In this document: piece after piece, positions 29,842 to 40,024 of the stretch
Layout of the letters: each line of letters starts with the position of its first letter
How positions within the stretch are numbered: the stretch's first letter is position 1
Assembly (NCBI GenBank): GCA_963662545.2
Contig: CAXXLL010000002.1
Coordinates: forward strand, 320,001-384,000
Reading direction: 5' to 3'
DNA from: Gammaproteobacteria bacterium
GTDB taxonomy: Bacteria; Pseudomonadota; Gammaproteobacteria; Ga0077536
DNA length: 64,000 nt
Notes under the pieces: model-generated
Databases searched by the model: none
Seen by the model: the letters and a program-made list of their open reading frames with translations, nothing else
What the model was told of the DNA's origin: nothing
Made by a program: the position numbers and the translations under genes

Positions 29842-30594
29842 GTGAAAAACTTACTTTCAGTCATGATTCTAGCGGCGGCATTATCGATGCCGCTGGCAGT
29901 GGCGGCGAACGATGCCGCCGGCGATTCTCCGCATCAATTCAGCGCCAACGTCTTGATGGCGACGGAATACCTGTATCGCGGACTCACGCAGTCGAACGAG
30001 GACCCGGCGATACAGGGCGGCTTCGATTATTCCCACGAGACCCTGGGCGTTTACGTGGGATTTTGGGCATCGAGCATCGAGTTCAATGCGGGAACCACGA
30101 ATACGGCCTCGATCGAGACTAACTTCTACGGCGGCATCGCCGGTGAGTTCGGCAACGGTGTGAGCTGGGATATCGGTGGTTTGTATTACTACTATCCGGA
30201 CAGTAACGAAGACACGGTCGGCGATTATAATTTCGTCGAGGTCTACGGCAACCTCGGTTACACCGTCGAGGCGTCTTGGGATCCGACGATCGATTTCGGG
30301 ATCGCCTATACCCCCGACTTCTTCGGCGAAGACGACGACGGCATCTACCTGCACGGCGGCCTCAGTTTTACCTTGCCGCACAACTTTGGCATCTATTCGA
30401 ATATCGGCTACCAGGACGTCAACGGCGGCAAAACCTCCGGTCCTGCCGGTTTCAATTATGTCCACTACGCCGTGGGGCTGACTTACGATTTCGGCATTTT
30501 GACGTTCGATGGATCGTGGAACGATGCGGATGACGATTGCGGCCCCGGCGATGCCTGTGAGGCCTTCGTACTCACGGTCTCCAGCAGCTGGTAG
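29842..30594 (+). CDS. TorF-family putative porin
   Basis: Signal peptide; YLYRGLTQS...PAIQGGFDY...GVYVGFWAS; YYYYP; aromatic C-terminus. Confidence 0.88.
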   Translation: MKNLLSVMILAAALSMPLAVAANDAAGDSPHQFSANVLMATEYLYRGLTQSNEDPAIQGGFDYSHETLGVYVGFWASSIEFNAGTTNTASIETNFYGGIAGEFGNGVSWDIGGLYYYYPDSNEDTVGDYNFVEVYGNLGYTVEASWDPTIDFGIAYTPDFFGEDDDGIYLHGGLSFTLPHNFGIYSNIGYQDVNGGKTSGPAGFNYVHYAVGLTYDFGILTFDGSWNDADDDCGPGDACEAFVLTVSSSW

Positions 30595-30624
30595 TCATAA
30601 AGTAATGAATATCCTATGAGCGGA

Positions 30625-30649
30625 CCCCGGCCGCATTGCACGGCCGGGG
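30625..30649. other. GC-rich intergenic hairpin between the porin gene and glnK
   Basis: CCCCGGCCG-CATTGCA-CGGCCGGGG; no U tract. Confidence 0.55.
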
Positions 30650-30677
30650 CCGCGAACGGACCCGCCACCCACAATAA

Positions 30678-31028
<351 letters not shown>

Positions 31029-31079
31029 GAAAGGGTTGCGTCGTTGGTACCGCCCCCGAAACCCACGAGGATATAACCG

Positions 31080-32393
31080 ATGAAACGATTAAGCTTGGGG
31101 AAGGTCGTCATTGCCGTTCTTCTGCTTCTCGCAGCGGCCATGCCGAATATTGTAATTGCGCAAGAGACGCCGATGCTGGATTCCGGCGACACCGCCTGGA
31201 TGCTCACCTCGACGGCGCTGGTGTTGTTTATGACGATACCAGGACTTTCACTCTTCTACGCGGGCATGGTCCGATCCAAGAATGTGTTGTCGGTGATGAC
31301 CCAATGCTTTGCGATCACCTGCCTCGTGACAGTTCTGTGGACACTGTACCTGTACAGCCTTGCCTTCGGTGAAGATGTTAACGGAATCATTGGCGACCTT
31401 AGCAAGGTTTTTATGAGAGGGATCGGCCCTGAGACGCTCAGCGGCACTATTCCCGAGTCAGTGTTCTCCATGTTTCAACTGACTTTTGCGATCATTACTC
31501 CGGCCCTGATCGTCGGTGCGTTCGCCGAGCGCATGAAATTCTCCGCCTTACTGTGGTTCATGGCCCTTTGGGTTACTTTGGTTTACGCGCCGGTCGCGCA
31601 CTGGGTTTGGGGCGGCGGTTGGCTCGGTGACTACGGCGTCCTGGATTTCGCGGGCGGCACGGTGGTGCACATCAACGCCGGTATCGCCGGTCTGGTGGCG
31701 GCGTTGGTCTTGAGAAAACGGACCGGTTACCCCGGGACGCCAATGAAGCCGAATAATCTGGTACTGACGGTGGTCGGCGCCGCGATGTTATGGGTCGGTT
31801 GGTTCGGTTTCAATGCTGGCAGTGAACTGGCTGCTGATGGAACTGCTGGCATGGCCATGGCCGTAACGCAGATCGCCGCGGCGACCGCAGCGCTCACCTG
31901 GATGTTTTCAGAATGGCTTAGCCACGGTAAGCCAAGCGCTTTGGGAATGGTTTCAGGCGCCGTCGCGGGGCTGGTGGCCATTACGCCAGCGTCTGGTTTC
32001 GTCGGACCGATGGGCGCCCTGGCGATCGGCATTGCCGCGGGTTACGGTTGCTATCTGGCCGTTGTGAAGGTCAAGCGTACATTCGGTTATGACGACTCCC
32101 TCGATGTCTTCGGGGTACATGCCGTAGGCGGTATTATCGGGGCCATGCTGACCGGTGTGTTTGTCGACACGGGCCTTGGCGGCAGCGGCCTAGGGGACGG
32201 GATTACGATGCTTGCGCAGGTCGGCAAACAGTTCGTCGGTGTCGTGGTTACGATCGTCTACTGCGGATTCGTCAGTTTTATCGTTCTCAAGGGACTCGAA
32301 GCGACTATCGGCCTGCGTGTCATGGATGAAGAAGAAGAAATCGGGCTCGATCTGATCTTGCACGACGAACAGGGTTACAACATAGGGCTATAA
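31080..32393 (+). CDS. amtB: Ammonium transporter (copy 1)
   Basis: GDTAW, FQLTFAIIT, DFAGGTVVHINAG, WFGFNAGS, DDSLDVFGVH. Confidence 0.97.
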   Translation: MKRLSLGKVVIAVLLLLAAAMPNIVIAQETPMLDSGDTAWMLTSTALVLFMTIPGLSLFYAGMVRSKNVLSVMTQCFAITCLVTVLWTLYLYSLAFGEDVNGIIGDLSKVFMRGIGPETLSGTIPESVFSMFQLTFAIITPALIVGAFAERMKFSALLWFMALWVTLVYAPVAHWVWGGGWLGDYGVLDFAGGTVVHINAGIAGLVAALVLRKRTGYPGTPMKPNNLVLTVVGAAMLWVGWFGFNAGSELAADGTAGMAMAVTQIAAATAALTWMFSEWLSHGKPSALGMVSGAVAGLVAITPASGFVGPMGALAIGIAAGYGCYLAVVKVKRTFGYDDSLDVFGVHAVGGIIGAMLTGVFVDTGLGGSGLGDGITMLAQVGKQFVGVVVTIVYCGFVSFIVLKGLEATIGLRVMDEEEEIGLDLILHDEQGYNIGL

Positions 32394-32722
32394 AACAGGG
32401 TCGTACTGATCGCAGGGTGCGCGGGCCGTGTGGGTTCGTGCGCAACGATGGTCGGCATCAGGGTCCCCGGAGCGGATTAATTCGCGGCCGTCGACCTTGG
32501 CGAATGCCGCCTAGATGCCCGGGCCGCATTCGTCAACACCTGAACGTTTTCCACCACCGTCACGTGTGCTTACTTGAGGCGCTCAACGCGCCCCACCTTT
32601 TGAGTCCGGTCGACTGCGGAGGGGCCTAGGCAGTCCCGCAACCCGGCCGTTTCTGGCTCGGTTCGAAACAGGCGGCATTCCACGCCGAAATACGAGAGAA
32701 TTGCACCGACGCTGGGCTCTAG

Positions 32723-32942
32723 GAGCCTGTAGGGCATAGGATAAATCTACTGCGGCGGTGGGGAATCGGTCTAGTTTTCCGATCATTTTGTCGAGCGCAT
32801 TCAAGCGCTTCACCCTTTCAGGGCTTACGCGAAAATTCGTTCCCGACGAATTTATCGTTGAATAGTTAACGCTATTCGGCTCAAATGATCGAAAAGCTCA
32901 CCCCCACCTGCCTCACTACGATTCGCTATGCCCGACGGACTC
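32723..32942. mobile_element. MITE family B-related element (220 bp) carrying a nested ~65-bp insert
   Basis: Imperfect TIR GAGCCTGTAGGGCATAG / CTATGCCCGACGGACTC; CTAG on both flanks; ends similar to 3404-3563; apex GAATAG-TTAACG-CTATTC at 32860-32877. Confidence 0.8.
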
Positions 32943-32965
32943 CTAGCCCCAACGCGTGCCGGTAA

Positions 32966-33370
<405 letters not shown>

Positions 33371-33439
33371 TAAACGAGCGGGCCTGCTCCGGGGGCCCAA
33401 TGAAGATGCGGAACGAATAAGAGAAGGGGGGGAGCGATC

Positions 33440-34717
33440 ATGTCGCGATTTATGCTTTTATCGGCAATGCTGATTTTTCCGGCTGTTGCATCGGCCGATT
33501 CACTGGATACTGGAGATACCGCCTGGCTTCTGACGTCCACGGCGCTGGTGTTGCTCATGACCTTGCCGGGGCTCGCGCTGTTCTACGCGGGCCTCGTGCG
33601 GAGCAAGAACGCGCTTTCGATGTTAATGCAATGCTTTGCCCTGGCATGTCTTATGTCTCTTCTGTGGGTGGTGGCGGGTTACGGCATTGCTTTCGGGGAC
33701 GGCGCCGGACTCAATAAGTTCATCGGCACGGGCAATCTCTTGCTGACCGATGTCACGCGTGATTCGATGAGCGGAACAATCCCCGAATCCGTCTTCGTGA
33801 TGTTCCAGATGACGTTCGCGATCATCACCCCCGCGCTGATCTTGGGTGGGTTTGCCGAACGCATGAAGTTTTCGGCCGCCATTTTGTTCAGCGCGTTCTG
33901 GCTGCTCGCCGTCTATGCACCTGTGTGCCATTGGGTATGGGGCGGCGGCTGGCTTGCTGACATGGGCCTGCTGGATTTCGCGGGCGGGACGGTCGTCCAT
34001 ATCAACGCCGGCGTCGCCGCCATCGTCGCGGCATTGGTTTTGGGGAATCGGCGGGGTTTCCCCGAAACTGCGATGCCGCCGCACAATCTAACTTTAACCG
34101 TCGCCGGCGCCTCGATGCTGTGGGTCGGTTGGTTCGGCTTCAACGCCGGCAGCGCGATCGCGGCCAATGGCGATGCGGGCATGGCAATGCTGGTGACTCA
34201 CATTTCGGCCGCCGCGGCATCGCTGGCCTGGATGTCGGTCGAATGGATCAGGCACGGCAAGCCGAGCGTACTCGGGATCGTAACAGGCATGGTTGCAGGA
34301 CTCGGGACGATTACGCCGGCCTCCGGATACGTGGGCCCGGTCGGCGCGCTGTTCATCGGGATTTCGGCGGGCGTGGTCTGTTATTTCGCCACACAAACCA
34401 TCAAGCGGACGTTTCGCTTGGATGACTCTCTCGACGTTTTTCCCGTGCATGGAGTCGGCGGCATACTCGGCACGACACTTACGGGTGTATTCGTGGCGGA
34501 ACGCTTTGGCGGTGCCGGTTTGGCCGAGGGTACGACCATGATGGCGCAGGTGACAACCCAGGTGATCGGAGTCGTTGCGACGGTGGCCTGGTGCGGGGTA
34601 GTGACTTTCATACTGCTCAAAATCGTCGATGCGCTGGTCGGATTGCGTGTTTCCTCGGAAATAGAAACCAACGGCCTTGATCTCAGCGAGCACGACGAAC
34701 GCGGATACAATTTGTAA
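33440..34717 (+). CDS. amtB: Ammonium transporter (copy 2)
   Basis: GDTAW, DFAGGTVVHINAG, DDSLDVFPVH, C-terminal GLDLSEHDERGY. Confidence 0.96.
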   Translation: MSRFMLLSAMLIFPAVASADSLDTGDTAWLLTSTALVLLMTLPGLALFYAGLVRSKNALSMLMQCFALACLMSLLWVVAGYGIAFGDGAGLNKFIGTGNLLLTDVTRDSMSGTIPESVFVMFQMTFAIITPALILGGFAERMKFSAAILFSAFWLLAVYAPVCHWVWGGGWLADMGLLDFAGGTVVHINAGVAAIVAALVLGNRRGFPETAMPPHNLTLTVAGASMLWVGWFGFNAGSAIAANGDAGMAMLVTHISAAAASLAWMSVEWIRHGKPSVLGIVTGMVAGLGTITPASGYVGPVGALFIGISAGVVCYFATQTIKRTFRLDDSLDVFPVHGVGGILGTTLTGVFVAERFGGAGLAEGTTMMAQVTTQVIGVVATVAWCGVVTFILLKIVDALVGLRVSSEIETNGLDLSEHDERGYNL

Positions 34718-34959
34718 TCCGGCGTGATTACGGGCGATCTTTCAGGCCGATGAAGAACCCGGGATTTCGTGGACGTATAAAAAACCGTTCCCAAGTTCGG
34801 GGTGAATGAATACAATAAGCGGTTGAAATCGTAGCTCGAAGCGACACCGACGCGGCGGCGCTCAGGCCGACCGCGCCGGCTATGCACCGCCCGGGGAGCG
34901 CTGGTTCGAACCGCCTTGGAGCCTATCGGTATAGCCATCCACCGTAGTAGCGAACGGAT

Positions 34960-36033
34960 ATGTCAGACGGACAACTCGTAGATAAAAAAATCCTGAAAAC
35001 CCTGGTGCCGCCGAACGCACTTAACGCGGAGAATTTCCAGGAACTCGCGGGGAAGGCCTTCATCGAGGAATTCGGGCCCGGGAAGACGATATTCAAGGTT
35101 GGCGAGGTAGACCGCAAGACGACTTATCTTCTTGAAGGCGAAATTGTTTTGACGGATGGCGATGGAAAATCGACATCCATCCGCGGCGGTACTGACGCCG
35201 CCAAACACCCACTGGCGAACAACCAGCCGCGCAAACAGTCGGCGAAGACCAAGGGCGCTTGCAAGATCACGCGGTTCGACAGCGACCTCCTGGATATCCT
35301 CTTGACCTGGGACCAGCTCTCCGGCATCGAAGTCGCCGAGATTTCGGTCGACGAAAACGGCGAAGACGCAAGCGATAGCGGTGATTGGATGACGCGCATC
35401 CTCCAATCTCAGGCATTCTTGCAAGTGCCTCCGGCGAATATCCAGGCGATGTTCATGCGCATGCAGGAAGTGCCCAAGAGCGCGGGTGAGGCCGTCATCA
35501 AGCAGGGCGAAGATGGCGATTACTACTACATCATCAAGCACGGCAAGGCCAAGGTTACGCGCGCCTCGAAGACCGGCGCTGAATTGACGCTGGCAACGCT
35601 CAAGGACGGTGATGCCTTCGGTGAAGAAGCACTTCTGTCCGAGGCCAAGCGCAATGCGACCATTACCATGGAGACCGAGGGCATGTTGATGCGTCTCTCC
35701 AAGGAGGACTTCAATGCCCTGCTAAAGGAGCCGATGCTCAGCTGGTTGACGCTTACCGAGGCCATGGAGCGGGTGGTCGCCGGTGCGAAGCTGCTCGACG
35801 TTCGACTCGAGAGCGAGCATTCGAATTCGGGCCTCGAGGGCGCCATGAACATTCCCCTGTTCATGCTGCGGCTCAAGGCCGATAGCCTGGACCCGAACAC
35901 ACCCTATATCGTTTATTGCGATACCGGCCGGCGCAGTTCGGCGGCGGCCTTTTTGTTGAGCGAGCGCGGATTTGAAACCTACGTGCTCCAGGGGGGCTTG
36001 ATGGAGCAGGCAGAAAACGCGCCTGCGGCCTGA
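34960..36033 (+). CDS. Tandem cyclic-nucleotide-binding domains plus C-terminal rhodanese domain
   Basis: IFKVGE..TYLLEGE; IKQGEDGDYYYII..FGEEALL..RNAT; LLDVR, IVYCDTGRRS, LQGG. Confidence 0.85.
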   Translation: MSDGQLVDKKILKTLVPPNALNAENFQELAGKAFIEEFGPGKTIFKVGEVDRKTTYLLEGEIVLTDGDGKSTSIRGGTDAAKHPLANNQPRKQSAKTKGACKITRFDSDLLDILLTWDQLSGIEVAEISVDENGEDASDSGDWMTRILQSQAFLQVPPANIQAMFMRMQEVPKSAGEAVIKQGEDGDYYYIIKHGKAKVTRASKTGAELTLATLKDGDAFGEEALLSEAKRNATITMETEGMLMRLSKEDFNALLKEPMLSWLTLTEAMERVVAGAKLLDVRLESEHSNSGLEGAMNIPLFMLRLKADSLDPNTPYIVYCDTGRRSSAAAFLLSERGFETYVLQGGLMEQAENAPAA

Positions 36034-36069
36034 GAATAATCAGCCCCGCTGCTAGTGCTAGTGCTCCAA

Positions 36070-36229
36070 CAACCAGTCGAACACAGTAAGTATTGACTTG
36101 GGCGCTGACACAGCGGCCCAGACGCGCCATGGTCTTCGTTAAATAGACCCACTATTCTCCGCAAACCATGACACCCGTTCTCTCGCTCTCTCACGTGTCT
36201 CGCTACGAATCCCTAAATCAGACAGGCTG
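36070..36229 (-). mobile_element. MITE family B copy 2 (160 bp, degenerate, reverse of copy 1)
   Basis: Aligns essentially without gaps to the reverse complement of 3404-3563 (core CCATGG..TTAAATAGACCCACTATT..AAACCATGACACC); ends GACAGGCTG then CTAG. Confidence 0.85.
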
Positions 36230-36233
36230 CTAG

Positions 36234-36490
36234 CCCGCATATTGCATGAAGGCGGCCGGGGCGCTCCGAGAAGTTATTGAGCGAACAGGAATAACTAGGC
36301 CATTCGACGATGTTCAAGCAAGTCGCAATCTGTACAGCCGCTTGTGGCCTACGACGGCGCCCGCTGGTCCATGCACGCCTGGACTCAGGTCAAGCCCTCG
36401 CCATAGCTACAGCTCAGACTCGAGCTCCAGACCGGCGTCCAGACGCTCCTGTCCTGCGCCGGCACCGCCGTTCTTCATGCAATATGCGGG
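36234..36490. mobile_element. MITE family C (257 bp)
   Basis: Perfect 18-bp TIR CCCGCATATTGCATGAAG / CTTCATGCAATATGCGGG; CTAG at 36230-36233 and 36491-36494. Confidence 0.9.
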
Positions 36491-36516
36491 CTAGCCTGCG
36501 TCGGTTTTAATCCGCA

Positions 36517-37374
36517 GTGTCCCGATGGTTCTCAAGCCGCGAATCTGACGCCGACTATTTCTGCGTGATCGGGAGCCCGATCGAACACAGTAAATCGCCG
36601 TTGATCCACGCGGCTTTTGCCGCCCAGACAGGCCGCGAACTGGTTTACGACCGGGTGGAGGTTTTACCCGGCCAGCTAGCAGCCGCCGTCACCGAATTTC
36701 GTGGCGTCGGCGGGCGGGGCATGAACGTAACGGTGCCACTGAAGCAAGAGGCCTTTGCGCTAACTGAGCGGCGAATGGAACGGGCGGAGGAGGCGGGCGC
36801 CGCAAATACGCTCTGGTTCGACGAAAATGGCGCTGTCGTCGCCGACAACACCGACGGCAGCGGGCTCATGCGCGATCTCGAATTCAATCAAGGCATTGCG
36901 CTCGTAGGAAAGCGACTATTACTGATCGGCGCGGGGGGCGCTGCCCGCGCGGTCGTGCCGGCCCTGGCCGCCGCTGCGCCTGCGGCACTTGTCATCACGA
37001 ATCGAACGGAACACAAGGCGACGGCGATTGCCAAGGCGTTCGCACACCGCGCGACGATCGAAACCTTGCCCTGGGGGGCCGATTTAGCCGAGCCCTTCGA
37101 CATCGTCGTCAATGCGACTTCTCTCAGTCTCCAGGGTGAACTGCCTGCGATCTCTAAACGCTGCGTGCATTCCGGAACAGTGTGCTACGACATGATGTAT
37201 GCGAACGAACCGACGGTGTTCGAGACTTGGGCGCGGGCCGCGGGAGTCGCGCACGCATTCGATGGGCTCGGCATGCTGGTCGAGCAGGCAGCCGAGGCTT
37301 TTCTTGCCTGGTATGGCGTCAGGCCTGAAACCGCGGCAGTGATCGCTCAAATTCGGGCATCGCTGGCAGCTTAG
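36517..37374 (+). CDS. aroE: Shikimate dehydrogenase
   Basis: IGSPIEHSKSPLIH, GMNVTVPLK, AANTL, DNTDG, GAGGAARA, NATS, YDMMY, GLGMLVEQAAEAF. Confidence 0.96.
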   Translation: MSRWFSSRESDADYFCVIGSPIEHSKSPLIHAAFAAQTGRELVYDRVEVLPGQLAAAVTEFRGVGGRGMNVTVPLKQEAFALTERRMERAEEAGAANTLWFDENGAVVADNTDGSGLMRDLEFNQGIALVGKRLLLIGAGGAARAVVPALAAAAPAALVITNRTEHKATAIAKAFAHRATIETLPWGADLAEPFDIVVNATSLSLQGELPAISKRCVHSGTVCYDMMYANEPTVFETWARAAGVAHAFDGLGMLVEQAAEAFLAWYGVRPETAAVIAQIRASLAA

Positions 37375-37430
37375 TGAAAAACCCAGCGCGGCGGTGACTT
37401 TTCGAAACGCTAGGGCGAAACTGATCTTAG

Positions 37431-37592
37431 GGAACCTCTGAAGGGTTCATGGTGGGTCTGAATGGTTCATGCAATGGTGCAGGTCAAGGCACGAATCGCA
37501 GGCCATAACGGGGATTAGGGCTAAGGTTCGTCGGTTAAGGCTCCGCGATTTCATGGGCAAGGCAGATGGGCCATGACTTATTCAACGGTTCC
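37431..37592 (-). mobile_element. MITE family A copy 5 (162 bp, reverse)
   Basis: Same TIRs; TTAG on both flanks; 6 bp from the dctM stop. Confidence 0.92.
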
Positions 37593-37598
37593 TTAGGT

Positions 37599-38915
37599 TC
37601 AAGGCAGGCCGTGCCACCGGTCCATGATGTCCGGCAGCCACGAAGCAAGATCTGGGAAGGCCACAATCGCTGCAACGGTCACGACCTGGATCCCGACGAA
37701 AGGCATGATCCCCCGGTAAATATCGGTAATGCGTACGCTTTCCGGGGCGACCGCTTTCAGATAGAAAAGTGAAAATCCAAAGGGCGGGGTTAGAAATGAC
37801 GTTTGCAGATTTACCGCGATCAACAAGGCGAACCAGAGTAGATCCACCCCCATACTACGCGCGATCGGTTCAAGAATCGGTACGACGATGAAACAGATCT
37901 CGACGAAATCTAGAAAGAATCCGAGCACGAAGATCAACACCATGCTCAGCAGTACGAACGTGAAAGTCCCGCCGGGTAAACCGACAAAAAAAGACCCGAC
38001 AAGACCGTCGCCGCCGAGACCCTTGAATACGAGACCGAAAGCGGTTGCACCAACCAGTATCAAAAAAACCATGCTCGTCAATTTCATGGTTTGTAAAGCC
38101 GCCTGATACAGATTGTGGCGATCGAGGCGGCGGTGTGCCGCGGCGAGCAACATGGCTCCGGCCCCACCGATCGCGGCTGACTCCGTTGGCGAGGCGATCC
38201 CGAAAAAGATCGACCCGAGTACCGCCACGATCAAGGCGAACGGCGGGATCAGGGATTTCAATACGCGCCCGAGCAGCCCGCTCTCGCCAACGGTGCCGAC
38301 GGGAGGCGCCGTGTGGGGCGAGGACCAGGCCCGCCAGGCGATGTAGATTAAATAAAGCAGGATCAAGACCATCCCGGGGATGACCGCAGCCATGAACAGG
38401 CGCCCGATTGGAACCCCCATCACGTCCGCGAGCAGGATCAATACGATGCTCGGTGGAATCACCTGACCGAGCGTTCCGGACGCGGCGATCGTACCGGCGG
38501 CGAGCGAGGTGTCGTAATGGTGCTTGAGCATCGCCGGTAGGGCGATCACGCCCATGGTCACGACCGTGGCGCCGACCACGCCAGTCGTCGCGGCGAGCAA
38601 GGCCCCAACGATGACGACTGCGAATGCAAGGCCGCCGCGCAGTCTTCCGCAGAGCATGGCCATGGTTTCGAGCAGTTCCTCGGCCAGTCCAGATTTTTCG
38701 AGCACGACACCCATGAAGATAAACAAGGGCACCGCGAGCAAGGTGAAATTGGTCATGATGCCCCAGATGCGTAGCGGGAGGAGGTCGAAGAATTCGAGCC
38801 CCAGCGCCGCGCCGCCAAACAGCATGGCTACCGCCCCGAGGGTGAACGCGACGGGGTAGCCCATCAGCAGCGCACCGATTACGGCTACAAACATCACGAT
38901 GGCCCATATTTCCAC
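37599..38915 (-). CDS. TRAP transporter large permease (DctM family)
   Basis: LAVPLFIFMG, LAATTGVVGATV, ASGTLGQVIPPSI, TESAAIG, NLQTSFLTPPFG. Confidence 0.93.
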   Translation of the reverse strand: MEIWAIVMFVAVIGALLMGYPVAFTLGAVAMLFGGAALGLEFFDLLPLRIWGIMTNFTLLAVPLFIFMGVVLEKSGLAEELLETMAMLCGRLRGGLAFAVVIVGALLAATTGVVGATVVTMGVIALPAMLKHHYDTSLAAGTIAASGTLGQVIPPSIVLILLADVMGVPIGRLFMAAVIPGMVLILLYLIYIAWRAWSSPHTAPPVGTVGESGLLGRVLKSLIPPFALIVAVLGSIFFGIASPTESAAIGGAGAMLLAAAHRRLDRHNLYQAALQTMKLTSMVFLILVGATAFGLVFKGLGGDGLVGSFFVGLPGGTFTFVLLSMVLIFVLGFFLDFVEICFIVVPILEPIARSMGVDLLWFALLIAVNLQTSFLTPPFGFSLFYLKAVAPESVRITDIYRGIMPFVGIQVVTVAAIVAFPDLASWLPDIMDRWHGLP

Positions 38916-38918
38916 GGG

Positions 38919-39428
38919 TCAGTCGCCCGCTTTCGGGTTCGCGATCAAGCGGCACAGATCGGCAAGACCTTGCAGGAAGAGTAAAGAGAAACCCACCGGG
39001 ATGAAGGCTTTGACGGCCCAGCGCTGGGTCAGACCGCCGGGATCCGGCGATATCTCGCCGTGGGCCCAGGCGTCGTATACAAACGGAATGGAAGCCCACA
39101 CCACCAGGGCGCAGAAAGGCATGAGGAACAGTACGATTCCGGTTATATCGATGGCGCGGCGCAGTTCATCGCTTACACGCCTGCTGCGGTATAAAACGTC
39201 GACCCGCACATGTCCGTCATATTTCAGGGTATAGGCGGCGCCCAGTAGAAATATTGCTGAAAACAGGTGCCATTCGAGCTCCTGTAGAGCGACCGACCCT
39301 TGCCTGAACACATAGCGCATAGCGACGTCGTATACGGTGACGCCGACCAGCACGACCACTAAACCGGTCGTTAAGCGGCCGGCGTATTCCGTGATCCCGC
39401 CGAGGATGGAAATGAATCTTGAAACCAT
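38919..39428 (-). CDS. TRAP transporter small permease (DctQ family)
   Basis: DVAMRY, QELEWHL, GHVRVDVLY, EISPDPGGL. Start reassigned to ATG 39428 because the track start lies inside a MITE. Confidence 0.9.
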   Translation of the reverse strand: MVSRFISILGGITEYAGRLTTGLVVVLVGVTVYDVAMRYVFRQGSVALQELEWHLFSAIFLLGAAYTLKYDGHVRVDVLYRSRRVSDELRRAIDITGIVLFLMPFCALVVWASIPFVYDAWAHGEISPDPGGLTQRWAVKAFIPVGFSLLFLQGLADLCRLIANPKAGD

Positions 39429-39451
39429 GCGATGACGGCCAATACCTTTAG

Positions 39452-39613
39452 GGAACCTCTGCATAAATCATGGCCCATCTGCCTTGCCCATGAAATGGCG
39501 GAGCCTTACGTTACGAACCTTAGCCATAGTCCCCGTTATGGCCGGCGATTCGTGCCTTGATCTGCACCATTGCATGAACGATTCAGACGCACCATGACGT
39601 ATTCAGAGGTTCC
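39452..39613 (+). mobile_element. MITE family A copy 6 (162 bp)
   Basis: Same TIRs; TTAG on both flanks. Confidence 0.92.
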
Positions 39614-39727
39614 TTAGCGTGGGGCTCTCAACAGGATGCGGATTTTTGGGACAAGCTGCGAAGTCAGGGCGAATTTTTCTCAAAAAACCAGGGGTTTACG
39701 CCTGAAAAGGCGCTATTCGCGGGCGCT

Positions 39728-39944
39728 TTATGCACATGTAAATCGGCGCTGGTCACAGACATCGGCAGTTAGCGTTGGTTTCCCCCATTCCAGTCCCAAT
39801 AACTCGTGTAACTGCTTGTTATCCAGCAGCAATCATAGAGCTGGTTATTTCTTGGCCGATCTAACGCGCACGTTGGCAAAGGTGCCGAATTTCGTCTCTG
39901 GCACACCTTTGCTCCACAAGCTTATCCACAGACACTGTGAGTAA
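39728..39944. promoter_or_regulatory. DnaA-box cluster (DARS-like)
   Basis: TTATGCACA at 39728; IHF-like TAACAAGCAGTTA (minus strand, 39809-39821); TGCTCCACA-3-TTATCCACA-5-TGTGAGTAA at 39910-39944. Confidence 0.65.
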
Positions 39945-40024
39945 TGCGGGCCGACCTGCGGCGCGACTTGATATCAGCCAGTTGCCGTGTCTGGTTGAGC
40001 CCCTGTATTCGATTCACCGGCTGA

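Noticed and set aside
34850-34930. tRNA-like GGTTCGAACC motif
   Set aside because: No cloverleaf or acceptor stem could be built.
36246-36494. 82-aa ORF ending FMQYAG, and the small ORFs at 25379 and 59908
   Set aside because: These are translations of MITE sequence, not genes.
37870-39099. Long alternative-frame or antisense ORFs (also 10981-11988, 14442-15287, 41181-42116, 6651-7517)
   Set aside because: They overlap well-supported genes and have no motifs; typical shadows of high-GC codon bias.
39614-40024. oriC
   Set aside because: No dnaA/gidA context, no clear AT-rich unwinding element or GATC enrichment, and too few boxes.
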